Source: Kiritimatiellia bacterium
GTDB lineage: Bacteria; Verrucomicrobiota; Kiritimatiellia; JAAZAB01
Length of the DNA stretch: 64,000 bases
NCBI GenBank assembly: GCA_040767085.1
Contig: JAXGPF010000009.1
Span: forward strand, 128,001-192,000
Direction: 5' to 3'
The notes under the pieces are model-generated. The model saw nothing but the letters and a program-made list of their open reading frames with translations. It did not search any database and had not been told where the DNA came from. Position numbers and translations under genes: made by a program. Below are positions 48,458 through 58,491 of this stretch, one piece after another (within the stretch, counting starts at the first letter, position 1; each line of letters begins with the position of its first letter).

Positions 48458-51400
48458 TCAAGGTTCCTTGAATACCGCCCGGCCAAAATAGGCTGGATTG
48501 ACTTCGGCGTCCACTGCGCCGGTCCAACGCAGCCGGCTGCGGATGGCATTCCGTTCCGGTTTGGGCTCGTCGCGGTCAGTCACCGCCAGATCGAACCCAA
48601 AGGCATTGCCCGGCGCGACTTCCTTGCGGAACTTGAAATTATATAGCGGAATCCGGACTTCCAGGGCGTAGCCATCAGCCATGACCGTGGCAGCATACGC
48701 CAGGGCTTCCAGGTATCTGCCCGGCGGCCGCAGCCAGTGGCAGGCCGGCGCCGGCAACGATTCCACCGGCGGGGTAAAGACCACATGATAAACGTCCGGC
48801 GTATAGGTATCGCCGGCCTGGCCGGCCATGGCGCGGCCATCGAGGAACAATTCAATCGCATCGCCGGCCGCGGCTGTCGCCGGGCTGGCGCTGTTGGTAT
48901 TCATCAGATTATCATCATAAACCCGGACCGCTACAAACAGGTTGGTAGCATCGTAACGCAAAGCCGCGCGCGCTGACACATCCTGCGGTCCGCGCCAATC
49001 CACCAGTTGGTTGTTCAGGTAGCTCTTGGTAAACGGGATGCCTTCCACCACCTGCGCCGGCCGGTCAATCGCCATGGCAAATGATTCCGGATCGCCCCAA
49101 TCGGACAAGTCGCCGTCAATCACGGGCGGATTGGCCGCCAAAAGCGCCGGCGCGCTCAGGCAAACCGGCAGGACTCCCTGATACGTCACAGTTTGCAGAG
49201 GGCCGGCGGGCCCGGCCAGAATCACCTCCATATCCTGCTTGTCCGATATGCCGGCGGGAACATCAATTTCAAACTCAACGCTGTTGGTTTGCCGCGCGGG
49301 CACTTCCACCGGCTGGGCGGCTGTCTCGCCGAATGGCGCGGGCATTACCACGCGCAGCATGCCGCTCAGCGGCTCCGGCATGGGATTGAACACCACCGCC
49401 TTGATCCGGGCGGTTTGGCCGGGGAAGACCTGCCGGGCTTCGCTGGCCGCGGTCAAGACCGGCGCGCTGACAGCGGGCAATGCCGTAATGCCGGTGATAT
49501 ATAGCGGGGCATTGGGGCGGCAACACAGCTTGTAAATGCCGCCGAATTTTTCCGTTGCGAGTTCATTGCCGTAAATATCAAGCGCCTTCACTTTCGCGCC
49601 GGCCAATTCCAGATACACCGTAGCCGCGCGGTGTTCCAGGATTTCATCCGTCCAAGCCGCGATAATGAATTCATTGCCGCGCTTGAACAGATAGCCCTTC
49701 AATGTCGCCGCGCCGCCCAGGTCCATCCGCCGCACAAATTTCGAGCCCGCCAGGATGCCGGTGACGTTGGCGTAGGCGACCGATGCCGGCGAAGGCGTGT
49801 GGGGCGCATATTGCAGGTCTGAAATCATGCTGCCGCCGATGGACGACCACCACAAGGCATACTTGACATTCAGAGCCAGGTTGAGCACATGCCCGCGCAC
49901 GGCGCGGAAGGCGGTGGTGTGCCAGTCGGTGAACGAATCGCGGCCGCGCTTGATGAAGAACGCCGGCATTTCGCGGCCAGGCAAGCTTGCTTCGAATTCC
50001 GCCGGAGTCATCGGATAACCATCCTCGCGCATGCCCCAGGCCAGAACTTGGTAACAGCCGTATTCCGTATTGGCCAGCACGGGGCTGGCACCGGCAGCCT
50101 TGAGCATATCCAAGATGGGCGTCAAACGGATGTCATCCTGCAATGATGCCGGGTCCCGGCCGCCGACAAAACCATAGGGATGGATGGTGTAATAATCAGC
50201 CTTGCCGGCCGTGAGTTCGGCGACTTTTTTGCTCCATGGGCTATGCGATATGTTGCACGCCACGCGGATGGCCGGGTCAACCGCGTGCAGTTCTTCCGCC
50301 GAAATATTGACCAGCTTGCCGTAATGATACGCGTCGGACCGGCCGTAGGCTTCCCCGAAGATTTCATAATCATGCACCTTGCCCTTATAACGTTCGGCCA
50401 CGGTCCGGACATACCGCCGCCATTTTGACATGGCGGCTTCATCATCGGCATCGGGATAAAAATAACCGTCCAGCACCGCCGTGTTCCCGGTTTGTTTCTG
50501 GAACCATTTCGGCGGTGCATCCAGCATGATGATGGGAATACTCACCGCCGCCAGCAGGCTGTTGACCTTCAAGTCCAGCCGGTCGAAATACCACTCGCCC
50601 TCCTCCGGCTCCACCGCCGCCCACCCATCGTAATGGATCAAGCCCCACTTCTGGTAGGTCGGCGCATTCACGCCCTTGGCGACCGTGAACCCGCTGCGCA
50701 GCTCCTCACCCGTGCAGTCACGGGGATTGACCGCAATGGTCCGGGCAAATTGTATCTTCATCTCCTGCAGCGCGCGGCCTTGCTCCATCAGCTTGAACTC
50801 GCCCCAGAACAGGCCGTGGGCGGTTATCTCTTCCATCCCGAACGGCGCCACCGTCAATGCGCCCGGTCGCGCCGTCACCGCCACTTCCTTCTCCAACACC
50901 AGTCGCTTTTCAAGATCCTTGACCATCGCCTGCAGCACCAGGGATTTTTCCGCGGCCAATGCGTTCAACACGGCAAAGTCGAACCGCGCCGGCTCGCCGG
51001 CCCGGAAGGTGGCGTCCACCCGCCCGGCATGGGCGACCATCCGCAACACATCACCCCCGCCCTTCACCCAGCCTTGCGCCGTCAGCGTCCCCTCCATGCC
51101 CGCGTAAAACACCGTGTTGGAATCCATCGCCCAGGCGGCCGGCCGCTCATGCATGGATTTGATTTCCGACTCCGCCAGCGCCCGGTCCAGGATCAGAACC
51201 TCGTCCACCAGCGTGCCCTGCGGCGAACGCATGATTACGAACAAATCATCCGCCGGCCGCGCCGGCGCCCCGCCCGCGCCGTATACTTTCTCGTAAATTT
51301 TCTCTCCGTCCAGCCACGTCTGCTCGCGCTCCGGCGACCAGGTGAACACCGCGTGGTGGAACACCCGGCAAAAATCATTGCTCAGCCACCGCGAGCCACC

Positions 51401-51778
51401 GGGATACACCAGGCGCTGCCGCGCCGCCCCGCCTCCATGGCTGATCGCAAACGCCCCGATCTTCCCAAGCTGCAGCGGCGTCTGCCCGTCATAATGCCCC
51501 GACCAGGTCGGCTTGAACCAGCAGGCAAGCGCGCCGGCGGCCGCGTTGGTGGTGGAAAACCATGCCGGGTACTCCAGCGCCGGCCCGTTGAACAACGCCA
51601 GGCATTGGCCAACCGGCCCATCCGGGAACCAGGCGGCGGCCGGATCTTCCGCGTATTTTTCGAATATTGGAATGACATCAGCCCGGAGTGAATTGACGGC
51701 TAAAACAGCCGGCAGGCATGCAACAACCGCCAAACGGAAATAATTGCAACTTGAAAAATGGAATTTCATCTTATTCAT
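48458..51778 (-). CDS. Large secreted LamG + clan GH-A + CBM9-like protein, paralogue 2
   Basis: Same architecture and motifs as 38464-41793. Confidence 0.75.
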   Translation of the reverse strand: MNKMKFHFSSCNYFRLAVVACLPAVLAVNSLRADVIPIFEKYAEDPAAAWFPDGPVGQCLALFNGPALEYPAWFSTTNAAAGALACWFKPTWSGHYDGQTPLQLGKIGAFAISHGGGAARQRLVYPGGSRWLSNDFCRVFHHAVFTWSPEREQTWLDGEKIYEKVYGAGGAPARPADDLFVIMRSPQGTLVDEVLILDRALAESEIKSMHERPAAWAMDSNTVFYAGMEGTLTAQGWVKGGGDVLRMVAHAGRVDATFRAGEPARFDFAVLNALAAEKSLVLQAMVKDLEKRLVLEKEVAVTARPGALTVAPFGMEEITAHGLFWGEFKLMEQGRALQEMKIQFARTIAVNPRDCTGEELRSGFTVAKGVNAPTYQKWGLIHYDGWAAVEPEEGEWYFDRLDLKVNSLLAAVSIPIIMLDAPPKWFQKQTGNTAVLDGYFYPDADDEAAMSKWRRYVRTVAERYKGKVHDYEIFGEAYGRSDAYHYGKLVNISAEELHAVDPAIRVACNISHSPWSKKVAELTAGKADYYTIHPYGFVGGRDPASLQDDIRLTPILDMLKAAGASPVLANTEYGCYQVLAWGMREDGYPMTPAEFEASLPGREMPAFFIKRGRDSFTDWHTTAFRAVRGHVLNLALNVKYALWWSSIGGSMISDLQYAPHTPSPASVAYANVTGILAGSKFVRRMDLGGAATLKGYLFKRGNEFIIAAWTDEILEHRAATVYLELAGAKVKALDIYGNELATEKFGGIYKLCCRPNAPLYITGITALPAVSAPVLTAASEARQVFPGQTARIKAVVFNPMPEPLSGMLRVVMPAPFGETAAQPVEVPARQTNSVEFEIDVPAGISDKQDMEVILAGPAGPLQTVTYQGVLPVCLSAPALLAANPPVIDGDLSDWGDPESFAMAIDRPAQVVEGIPFTKSYLNNQLVDWRGPQDVSARAALRYDATNLFVAVRVYDDNLMNTNSASPATAAAGDAIELFLDGRAMAGQAGDTYTPDVYHVVFTPPVESLPAPACHWLRPPGRYLEALAYAATVMADGYALEVRIPLYNFKFRKEVAPGNAFGFDLAVTDRDEPKPERNAIRSRLRWTGAVDAEVNPAYFGRAVFKEP

Positions 51779-51806
51779 AAGTTACCGTCATTAACAATTT
51801 GCCCAA

Positions 51807-51832
51807 GTCATTCCGAGCGAAGCCGAGAAATC
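51807..51832. repeat. Single GTCA-type REP-like hairpin
   Basis: GTCATTCCGAGCGAAGCCGAGAAATC in the intergenic gap. Confidence 0.45.
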
Positions 51833-51861
51833 TCGTATTCGTCTGAATCCCTTTATGCAAT

Positions 51862-53265
51862 TTATTTCTTAAATATCTCCACCGACTTGATCCAGCCTTC
51901 CAACATGTTGGTTGTCCCCTGGCTGTCGGAGCCGATGAAAAAATAGCCTGGCAATTTGTATGGCAACGGCACGCCCACCGCCTGGCCCACCGGCCGGCCA
52001 TCCTGCAGCAGCGTGATCTCGCTGCCGCGCCAGGCAAAACCCAGCCGGTTCCATCCATCATGATTCAACTTGACCGGCGCGCTGACGCTGGCCACCACGC
52101 GATCGCGCGCCAGGTTCTGCCATTCAAGCGTGCCGGCATCCTTCAGAACCAGGCGCATGCCCTGGCGCTGCGCGCGCACGACTGGATTTTCCAAGTCGCT
52201 GCAGTCAAACAGCACGGCCGGCCAGGCATTGGTTGACGCCAGGCGCGCCACCAACTCCATGGTCCCGATAAACCGGCAGATGTTATCCGATGAAGAGTAA
52301 CCCAGCGTCGCTTCGGGCAATACGCCGCCGCGCCGCAATCGCAACGCCCTGGCCCCGTCAATCTCTTCGAACTCCAATTGCCGGTTACTGACGCCAGCCG
52401 GCGCGCCCCGGGCAAACACCGCCGTGGCGCTCCGGCTGTAATCGGCGTAAAACAGTGTTTTATCCTGTTCCAAGCCGGCCTGTTCGGCGGCGGTTAATTC
52501 CGGCGGGGGCGGTGTTGGAACATTTTTCAGCGCCTGCAATGGGGCGTCGGGCGGGGTAAAACTGCTGACATAAAGTTTGCCGTCCGAAATCCGGACATCA
52601 TCGAATGTGCCCCAGCCCGACAGGAAAAACCGGTCGTCAAACGGCTTTTTGACGGCCCAATGATCCGCGCAGGCGATCAAGCGCCCGTTAATGAACAGAC
52701 GCGCTTCATCCTCATCCCAGGCAACCGCGAAATGCGACCACACCCCCTTTTCCCAGAACAATTTTTCCAGCGGGATCGTGCCGACCTGCGCCTTGGTTTG
52801 ATAACTGTATGAATATATGAAACTCAGGTAATTGTATTGATTTTTGTTCAGCCGGTAGCCGTATGGCGGTTCCGCCGTGCTGAACAGGGTAAACGAGGAT
52901 GCCGCGGCCGATTTCATCCAGTCCGGATCGTCATCGCATTTGTAATCCGAATCGTGCTCCGGCCGGAACCAGAATTCGACCGTCCCGCGCTCATAACAGA
53001 AATTTGAAATCGAGTCGTAACCGAACATGAATTCGCGCACATTCCGGTCGAGAAACAAGCCGCGGCCGAACCGGCCATCCGCCACCTGCCGGACGCCGGC
53101 CCGCGGCGCCCGGACGCTGAAGAATGCCTTGGGATCGCCCGCGGCGTATGCGGCATCCAGTCCCCGCTCGAAATCCGCCAGAAACGTGGTCGGCGGCGCG
53201 CCCGGCGCCGGCCGGCAACAGCCTGCAAGCAACACCATCATCCATAATGCAATACGCATATTCAT
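51862..53265 (-). CDS. Secreted tandem LamG/ConA-like domain protein
   Basis: Signal peptide; GTVEFWFRP, WSHFAVAWD..ARLFING and FDDVRISD, plus a second similar domain. Confidence 0.8.
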   Translation of the reverse strand: MNMRIALWMMVLLAGCCRPAPGAPPTTFLADFERGLDAAYAAGDPKAFFSVRAPRAGVRQVADGRFGRGLFLDRNVREFMFGYDSISNFCYERGTVEFWFRPEHDSDYKCDDDPDWMKSAAASSFTLFSTAEPPYGYRLNKNQYNYLSFIYSYSYQTKAQVGTIPLEKLFWEKGVWSHFAVAWDEDEARLFINGRLIACADHWAVKKPFDDRFFLSGWGTFDDVRISDGKLYVSSFTPPDAPLQALKNVPTPPPPELTAAEQAGLEQDKTLFYADYSRSATAVFARGAPAGVSNRQLEFEEIDGARALRLRRGGVLPEATLGYSSSDNICRFIGTMELVARLASTNAWPAVLFDCSDLENPVVRAQRQGMRLVLKDAGTLEWQNLARDRVVASVSAPVKLNHDGWNRLGFAWRGSEITLLQDGRPVGQAVGVPLPYKLPGYFFIGSDSQGTTNMLEGWIKSVEIFKK

Positions 53266-55856
53266 TTCACCCCCAATTCCGCGTCAATATCAAGCCGGCG
53301 CCCGCGCCAATTGACGGCCCAGCGGCTGGCGGCCGCCGGAACAAGTGATTTTCCAGCCGGCCGGAAATCCGCCGGGGCCATCAACAGTAACGTGACAAAC
53401 ACATGCCGGCGCGCCGGCGCCGAGCGGATGGTCAGGCGTTCAAACTCCGAATCGGCGTCGGTGTAATTCCGCGCCAGCCGGCAGGCAGACTGCTCAAGCT
53501 TCAATCCCATCCCGGCAGGCACGCACAGGCGCATGCGCGCCGTCCGGCCCAAAAACTCGGCTTGCCCGGCGCCGGCCATGCGCAATTGGTTGCGATGGAT
53601 TTTGCCCGCGTAAGCGGTTGGCTCTATTATGGGGAACGCAAAATGGATTTCCGCGCCGCGCGGCCTGAACAATTCCACATCATCCACAATCAGCACAATA
53701 TCAGGTTTATAAAACACCACATGCCGGGCAAACCGGCGCAACCCGATTTCCGGCGCATAGCATTGCGCGGCTTCGCCGGCCGCATATGCCACCCGGGCGC
53801 CGGGCCGAACGGCAATGATTTTGCCGGTGCTCGACCATTTTTGGCACACGCCGAATACCGAGCCATCGCCAATTTGACCCTGCTCTTCAATCGTCAGGGT
53901 GTTGCCTAAATCAGACGCCTGGCGGTATGTGTTGCCGACCGGCGCGGCGATCGTTTGGCCGAACCCGAACACGCCGACGGAGTTGGCATGCGGCGGCATG
54001 GCATAGGCTACCCGGTGTTCCTCCGCATAGAGTTTTTCACCATGCGCGTGCGCGGCGTTCAGCATCACATGCACGGTGTCAGATTCCCACCAGCCTGTCC
54101 GGAACAAGACCAGGCCGGCGCCAGCCAGATGCCGATCCGGATTACGCCGGCTGAAATCCGGGCGCGCGGGTATGCGCCAGTCGTAAAACAGGAACCGCCA
54201 CAGGGCATTTGACCGCGAGCAATTGCGCAGGCGATCAGATTTCATTGCCATGCCGCTTTTGGCGCGCGCCTTCTGAAAATAGCGCTCGGCCAGCCATTGC
54301 GCGTCCTGGTTGCCGGCCAGGCTCGCGTAAGCTTCCCAGGCGATGAAATCCGGCTCGTAATCCGGCCGGTAATAAGTGGGGAACATCTGACAATCTGCCG
54401 TTTCCTTGCGTATCCGGCAATCGGCGAATATTTTAAAAAACGGCCAGCAGGCCAGGATGTTTTTCCCGACAGCATGGCGGAACGCCATGGCGTAGTTGAA
54501 AAAGGCGCTCAAACAATGCTCCTTGGGCAGCAAGCCCAACGCGCCGTCCGGCGTCATGCGCCGCGCCGCCAACTCGAAATGGCGCGCCGCCCAGTCGGCC
54601 GCTTCCTGCGCCTCCGGTATTTCGCCCAGGAACGCCAGCCCGGCCAAACCCAGTCCGTGATAGTTGTAGGCGCTGTGTTCCATGCCGCCGGCATTGCCCG
54701 GCCATTCCAGCGAATTGAACTTGATATAATTGAGCCACCAGTGCAGAACACGAGCCGCGCTGGCGCGGATCAGCATGCGTTCCGATTCGTCCAATGCCGC
54801 ATGGCACCAATCGTAAAACACCGCGGCATACTCCAAAAGATGGCCTGGCTCCGCGCCGTTGACTTCCATGCGACCTTCCTCCGGCCCCGGCAATTCGGAT
54901 GCGAGCATGGCCATGAAGGCTTGGCGGGCAATCGCGAAATACCGGCGGCGGCCGGTCAGCAGGAACATGAATGACATGGGCATGACATCCAGGCTGTCCG
55001 GCGCCTCACCTGCCGCAATTCTTTTCAGGCGCTCCCTGATCGAGTGGCGCTCAAACAACTCGAAGCGCGCGCGCGCCGCGCCGGCTCGCCGCGCGCGCAA
55101 TTCCGGCAAACCTTTTGTTGTGAAATACAGGCGCGGATGGCGCCCGGCCAATCCCTGCCTCATCCGCACTGGCCGGAATGGCGCCCGCTCATCCCGCCGT
55201 TGATGGACGCGCAGGAATTCCATACGGTAACCGCGGCCATTGACGAGTTTCAATTCGTGCGCACCAGACGGCAATTCCAGGGCGAATTCGCCCAGATAAT
55301 ATCCGCGTTTCACTTCCGCATGGCTTGGGAATTCCGTGATGGCCGAGCCCTGCCAGGCATGATCGAGATAAATCTCGATGATCGGGCATACCATCTGGCG
55401 CGACGGCAGATGGCGGGTTTTTGGCCCGGCATGCTCGAATCCCGGCACGCGCCAGAACCGGGCCGTCGGCCCAACCGGCACGCCGTTCACCTTCAAAAAC
55501 ATGACGGATGGATCGAACGTGCCGCCGCCCAGCTCGAAAACAAACCGATACCGGCCCGGCCGGGCGTTGATTCGAATTATCAGATTGCCGTCCGAATCAA
55601 GCCGGCCGCCCGGACGCATGCGAGCCTGATCGTAAATTTTCCAACCGTAATTTTCCAATGCGCCACCCCATCGGCATTTTTTGCGCCACACACTTGATAC
55701 GCTGGTAATGATACCATACGGCAGCCTAACCAACAGCATCAAAAAATCAGCGGAACGATTTTCCCGTTCAATATTCCGACTTGGGCCGCTGTCACGGATA
55801 TAGACAATATTATCCCCCCATTGCCATGGCTGTCGGCAAAAACGATCTTTCAGCAC
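53262..55856 (-). CDS. Heparinase II/III-like (DUF4962-type) polysaccharide lyase-like protein
   Basis: HPRLYF, alpha-barrel region, GLVLFRTGW, NTLTIEEQGQ and FARHVVF..PD.VLIVDDV. Confidence 0.7.
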   Translation of the reverse strand: MLKDRFCRQPWQWGDNIVYIRDSGPSRNIERENRSADFLMLLVRLPYGIITSVSSVWRKKCRWGGALENYGWKIYDQARMRPGGRLDSDGNLIIRINARPGRYRFVFELGGGTFDPSVMFLKVNGVPVGPTARFWRVPGFEHAGPKTRHLPSRQMVCPIIEIYLDHAWQGSAITEFPSHAEVKRGYYLGEFALELPSGAHELKLVNGRGYRMEFLRVHQRRDERAPFRPVRMRQGLAGRHPRLYFTTKGLPELRARRAGAARARFELFERHSIRERLKRIAAGEAPDSLDVMPMSFMFLLTGRRRYFAIARQAFMAMLASELPGPEEGRMEVNGAEPGHLLEYAAVFYDWCHAALDESERMLIRASAARVLHWWLNYIKFNSLEWPGNAGGMEHSAYNYHGLGLAGLAFLGEIPEAQEAADWAARHFELAARRMTPDGALGLLPKEHCLSAFFNYAMAFRHAVGKNILACWPFFKIFADCRIRKETADCQMFPTYYRPDYEPDFIAWEAYASLAGNQDAQWLAERYFQKARAKSGMAMKSDRLRNCSRSNALWRFLFYDWRIPARPDFSRRNPDRHLAGAGLVLFRTGWWESDTVHVMLNAAHAHGEKLYAEEHRVAYAMPPHANSVGVFGFGQTIAAPVGNTYRQASDLGNTLTIEEQGQIGDGSVFGVCQKWSSTGKIIAVRPGARVAYAAGEAAQCYAPEIGLRRFARHVVFYKPDIVLIVDDVELFRPRGAEIHFAFPIIEPTAYAGKIHRNQLRMAGAGQAEFLGRTARMRLCVPAGMGLKLEQSACRLARNYTDADSEFERLTIRSAPARRHVFVTLLLMAPADFRPAGKSLVPAAASRWAVNWRGRRLDIDAELGVK

Positions 55857-55946
55857 AGTCCGCGCGGCTCGGAAATAGAACGGGGAGAGTTCGAGGCGAT
55901 GAATGGAATCCGCCGGCTGATTGGCAATTATTGCCGGAAAATGGTT

Positions 55947-56627
55947 TTACCGGACGGAAAACACCGTCCCGTCGCGCAAGCCTTCAAACGCGCCCATGTC
56001 CACGATGCGCTGGCGGATGCGCGGGTTTCCGTCCAGGTCCAGTGCGCCGGCCATCCAAAGCTGGTTTAAGCCCGCATTGATGCATGGGGAACGCGATTGC
56101 AGCCGGTAATCGCCGGCTTCAAAATCCGCGAAGAGCGGATCATCCTCGATATTGCCCGTGCCGTAGTCGGCCACGGAGGGCGCCGTGCAGGTGTTGGTAA
56201 AGAAACCGGCCGTATACGTCCAGTTCGAACCGCCGATACCGGCGGTGTTCAAATACACGATGGAATTTTCAACCAGCCCTCCGCCCAAGTACACGCCCCC
56301 GCCATTGGTCACCACCGCATTGGAGACGATGGTGGAACTGCGCACCATGGCGGCGGTATTGGTCTGCGAGACACCTCCGCCGTAATTCCCCGCGCTGTTG
56401 CCGGCCAGCAGGCAGCTGATGACGGCGCTATTGTGGTAAATTCCACCGCCATTGCGCATGGCGTAATTGTCTATCACACGGCAATTGACGATTTGGCTGT
56501 TGGTTGCGGCATTGTAAATGCCGCCGCCATCGCCGTTCGAGTGCGTGCAGTTGGAAACGACCGTGCAATCCGCAATGACGGCATTGTTGAAAAAAATACC
56601 AGCCCCGAGGAAGGCTGTGTTGTTCAC
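55947..56627 (-). pseudogene. 5'-truncated duplicate of the beta-helix gene 34576-36078
   Basis: Nearly identical to the C-terminal ~225 aa; ends GTVFSVR; no signal peptide. Confidence 0.85.
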
Positions 56628-56630
56628 CGA

Positions 56631-56820
56631 TCAATCATCCCTTGCCGAGTCCAACCGCATCATGATTCTTTTGGCAAGAATTTCGTTGATCTCGCGATGG
56701 CGTGGCACAGGGTCCGAGTGTCCGGTAGTAGGATTGTGGTAGATGTCGTGACGGTTACCGTGCCAGAAGCAGAACACACCCAATTTTCTCTATTCGCTTT
56801 ACGAGGGCAAGTCGCTTCAT
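56631..56820 (-). pseudogene. hicA: HicA toxin with a one-base frameshift
   Basis: MKRLALVKRIEKIGCVLL, then after one extra base HGNRHDIYHNP...PVPRHREINEILAKRI. Confidence 0.8.
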
Positions 56821-57008
56821 GCGTATTCCAACTCCGCAATCTTCCGTATCCCGGGAATTTCCTCGGAACCGAAGACTTCAAGGAGATCGCGCAGGTTCTC
56901 CTTCAAATCGTCAAGATTGTCGCCTTGCGTCCAATGGCCGGGGTAATCGTTCAGATAGCCAAGATAGCGTCCGTCCGATTCTTTCCAATATGTGAATGAA
57001 ACTTTCAT
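56817..57008 (-). CDS. hicB: HicB antitoxin (short form)
   Basis: YW.E.DG.YLGYLNDYPGHWTQGDNLDDLKENL; ATGA overlap with hicA. Confidence 0.85.
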   Translation of the reverse strand: MKVSFTYWKESDGRYLGYLNDYPGHWTQGDNLDDLKENLRDLLEVFGSEEIPGIRKIAELEYA

Positions 57009-57014
57009 AATTAT

Positions 57015-57390
57015 GGTTCTTCACTAATTTCCGTGTGATTTTTCATTGAGTCAAAACTGGGTACAGGTCGAGACCGCCAAGATGAAAGAATACATCACGC
57101 TTAAACCGATCACGGTTTCTGTAACCACAGGACTTCTGGATCAGCTGCTGAACACGGCTGTTGAGCCCTTCCGCAACCGCATTGCTCAGGTGATATCGGA
57201 AATACGTCACGATGTTATCCCAATGGCTTTTGAGCAGGCGGACGACTCTTTTAACCGGCTCCAGTCTAGTTGCCATGGCCTCGCGGCACCACTGCTTGAA
57301 GTAATCCACGGCCTCGTTCTCATCCTCGCACTGCCACAACGACCGGAGCAGCTCTTTGACCTTCCACGCCTTAGCCGTCTGCGTCAACGA
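57015..57390 (-). mobile_element. 3' fragment of a second, different ISL3 element
   Basis: AWKVKE...SNAVAEGLNSRVQ...GYRN..RF...GGLDLYP; right IR GGTTCTTC at 57015. Confidence 0.8.
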
Positions 57391-57456
57391 CGCCCTCAAA
57401 TCCTTAAAGCGGCTGGCACATTCCGGCGCGGCTCCCCCATGGCCCGGATGCAGGCG

Positions 57457-58491
57457 TCACAGCCGGACAACGCGGCCCCGGGCCTGCGACGCCCGGACGG
57501 CATCGAGAATGCGGGTCAGGTTCAACGCGCTTTCGGCCGCAACCGGATAAGTACATTCCCCGCGCAGCGCGCGGGCAATCTCGGGATAGATGACAAACGG
57601 ATCGCCATACCGGTTGTTCATGGTGATCCGATGCGATCCGTTCAATTCCTCGCGGGTGACTTTCACCGGCGGCCGGTTCCCGTAACTGGCGGGGTCCAGG
57701 TTGGCCGGATATTCGAATTGGTGGATTTCCACGGACTTATCCTTCACGAAAATCGTACCGCGATCGCCCTGGACCACCCAGTTCGGCAACTGGTCCACCC
57801 CAATGGAATATTCGCAGGCCAGGATGATCCCGGAGGCCGTGGTCAGGATGGCCATGAAATTGTCCTCCACATCGCCGGGATTGATCACCTGGCGCAATTG
57901 CCCATAAACGGTTTTCACGTCTTCCCCGGCCAGTTGGACCGCCTGATCCACGATGTGCGGCCCCCAGTTGAGCAGGTAGCCGCCGCCGCATTTTTTCTGT
58001 GTCTGCCAGTCAAACCGGATGCCGATGCTGAATTCGCGCCGGCGCACCAGGAACACCTTGCCGATGGCGCCGGATGCTACCAGTTCCTTCAACCGCACCA
58101 GGTCGCACCCCCAGCGCGCCGGCAGCCAGGGCAGCAGCATCCTGCCGCTCTGCCTGGCCGCCGCGATCATCCGCCGGGCCTCCGCGGCATTGACCGCCCA
58201 GGGCTTGGTTACAAGGACATGCACTCCGCCGCGCAGGCAATCGCAGGCCATCCGGCAATGCTGGTCGCTGCGGGTGACGATCACGACCAGGTCCAGGTCC
58301 GCGGACCGGAGCATTTTACGGTAGTCGTCATAGATGGCGCAGCCGAACCGGTCGCGCGCCTTTTTTTGCGCCGCCGGATCAATGTCGCAGACCGCGGTCA
58401 CCGCGAAGTCATCCTTCATTTCCGCAAGCGGATTGGCATGCAGCGTGCTCCCGCTGCGGCCATACCCCAGAATCGCCGTCTTGATTTTCAT
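57457..58491 (-). CDS. Gfo/Idh/MocA oxidoreductase
   Basis: ILGYGRSG, VLVTKP and GGGYLLNWGPHIVDQ. Confidence 0.92.
   Translation of the reverse strand: MKIKTAILGYGRSGSTLHANPLAEMKDDFAVTAVCDIDPAAQKKARDRFGCAIYDDYRKMLRSADLDLVVIVTRSDQHCRMACDCLRGGVHVLVTKPWAVNAAEARRMIAAARQSGRMLLPWLPARWGCDLVRLKELVASGAIGKVFLVRRREFSIGIRFDWQTQKKCGGGYLLNWGPHIVDQAVQLAGEDVKTVYGQLRQVINPGDVEDNFMAILTTASGIILACEYSIGVDQLPNWVVQGDRGTIFVKDKSVEIHQFEYPANLDPASYGNRPPVKVTREELNGSHRITMNNRYGDPFVIYPEIARALRGECTYPVAAESALNLTRILDAVRASQARGRVVRL

Noticed and set aside
34576-56627. Possible DGR template/variable repeat pair in the duplicated beta-helix segments
   Set aside because: Differences are mostly synonymous and not adenine-specific, and no reverse transcriptase is present in the window.
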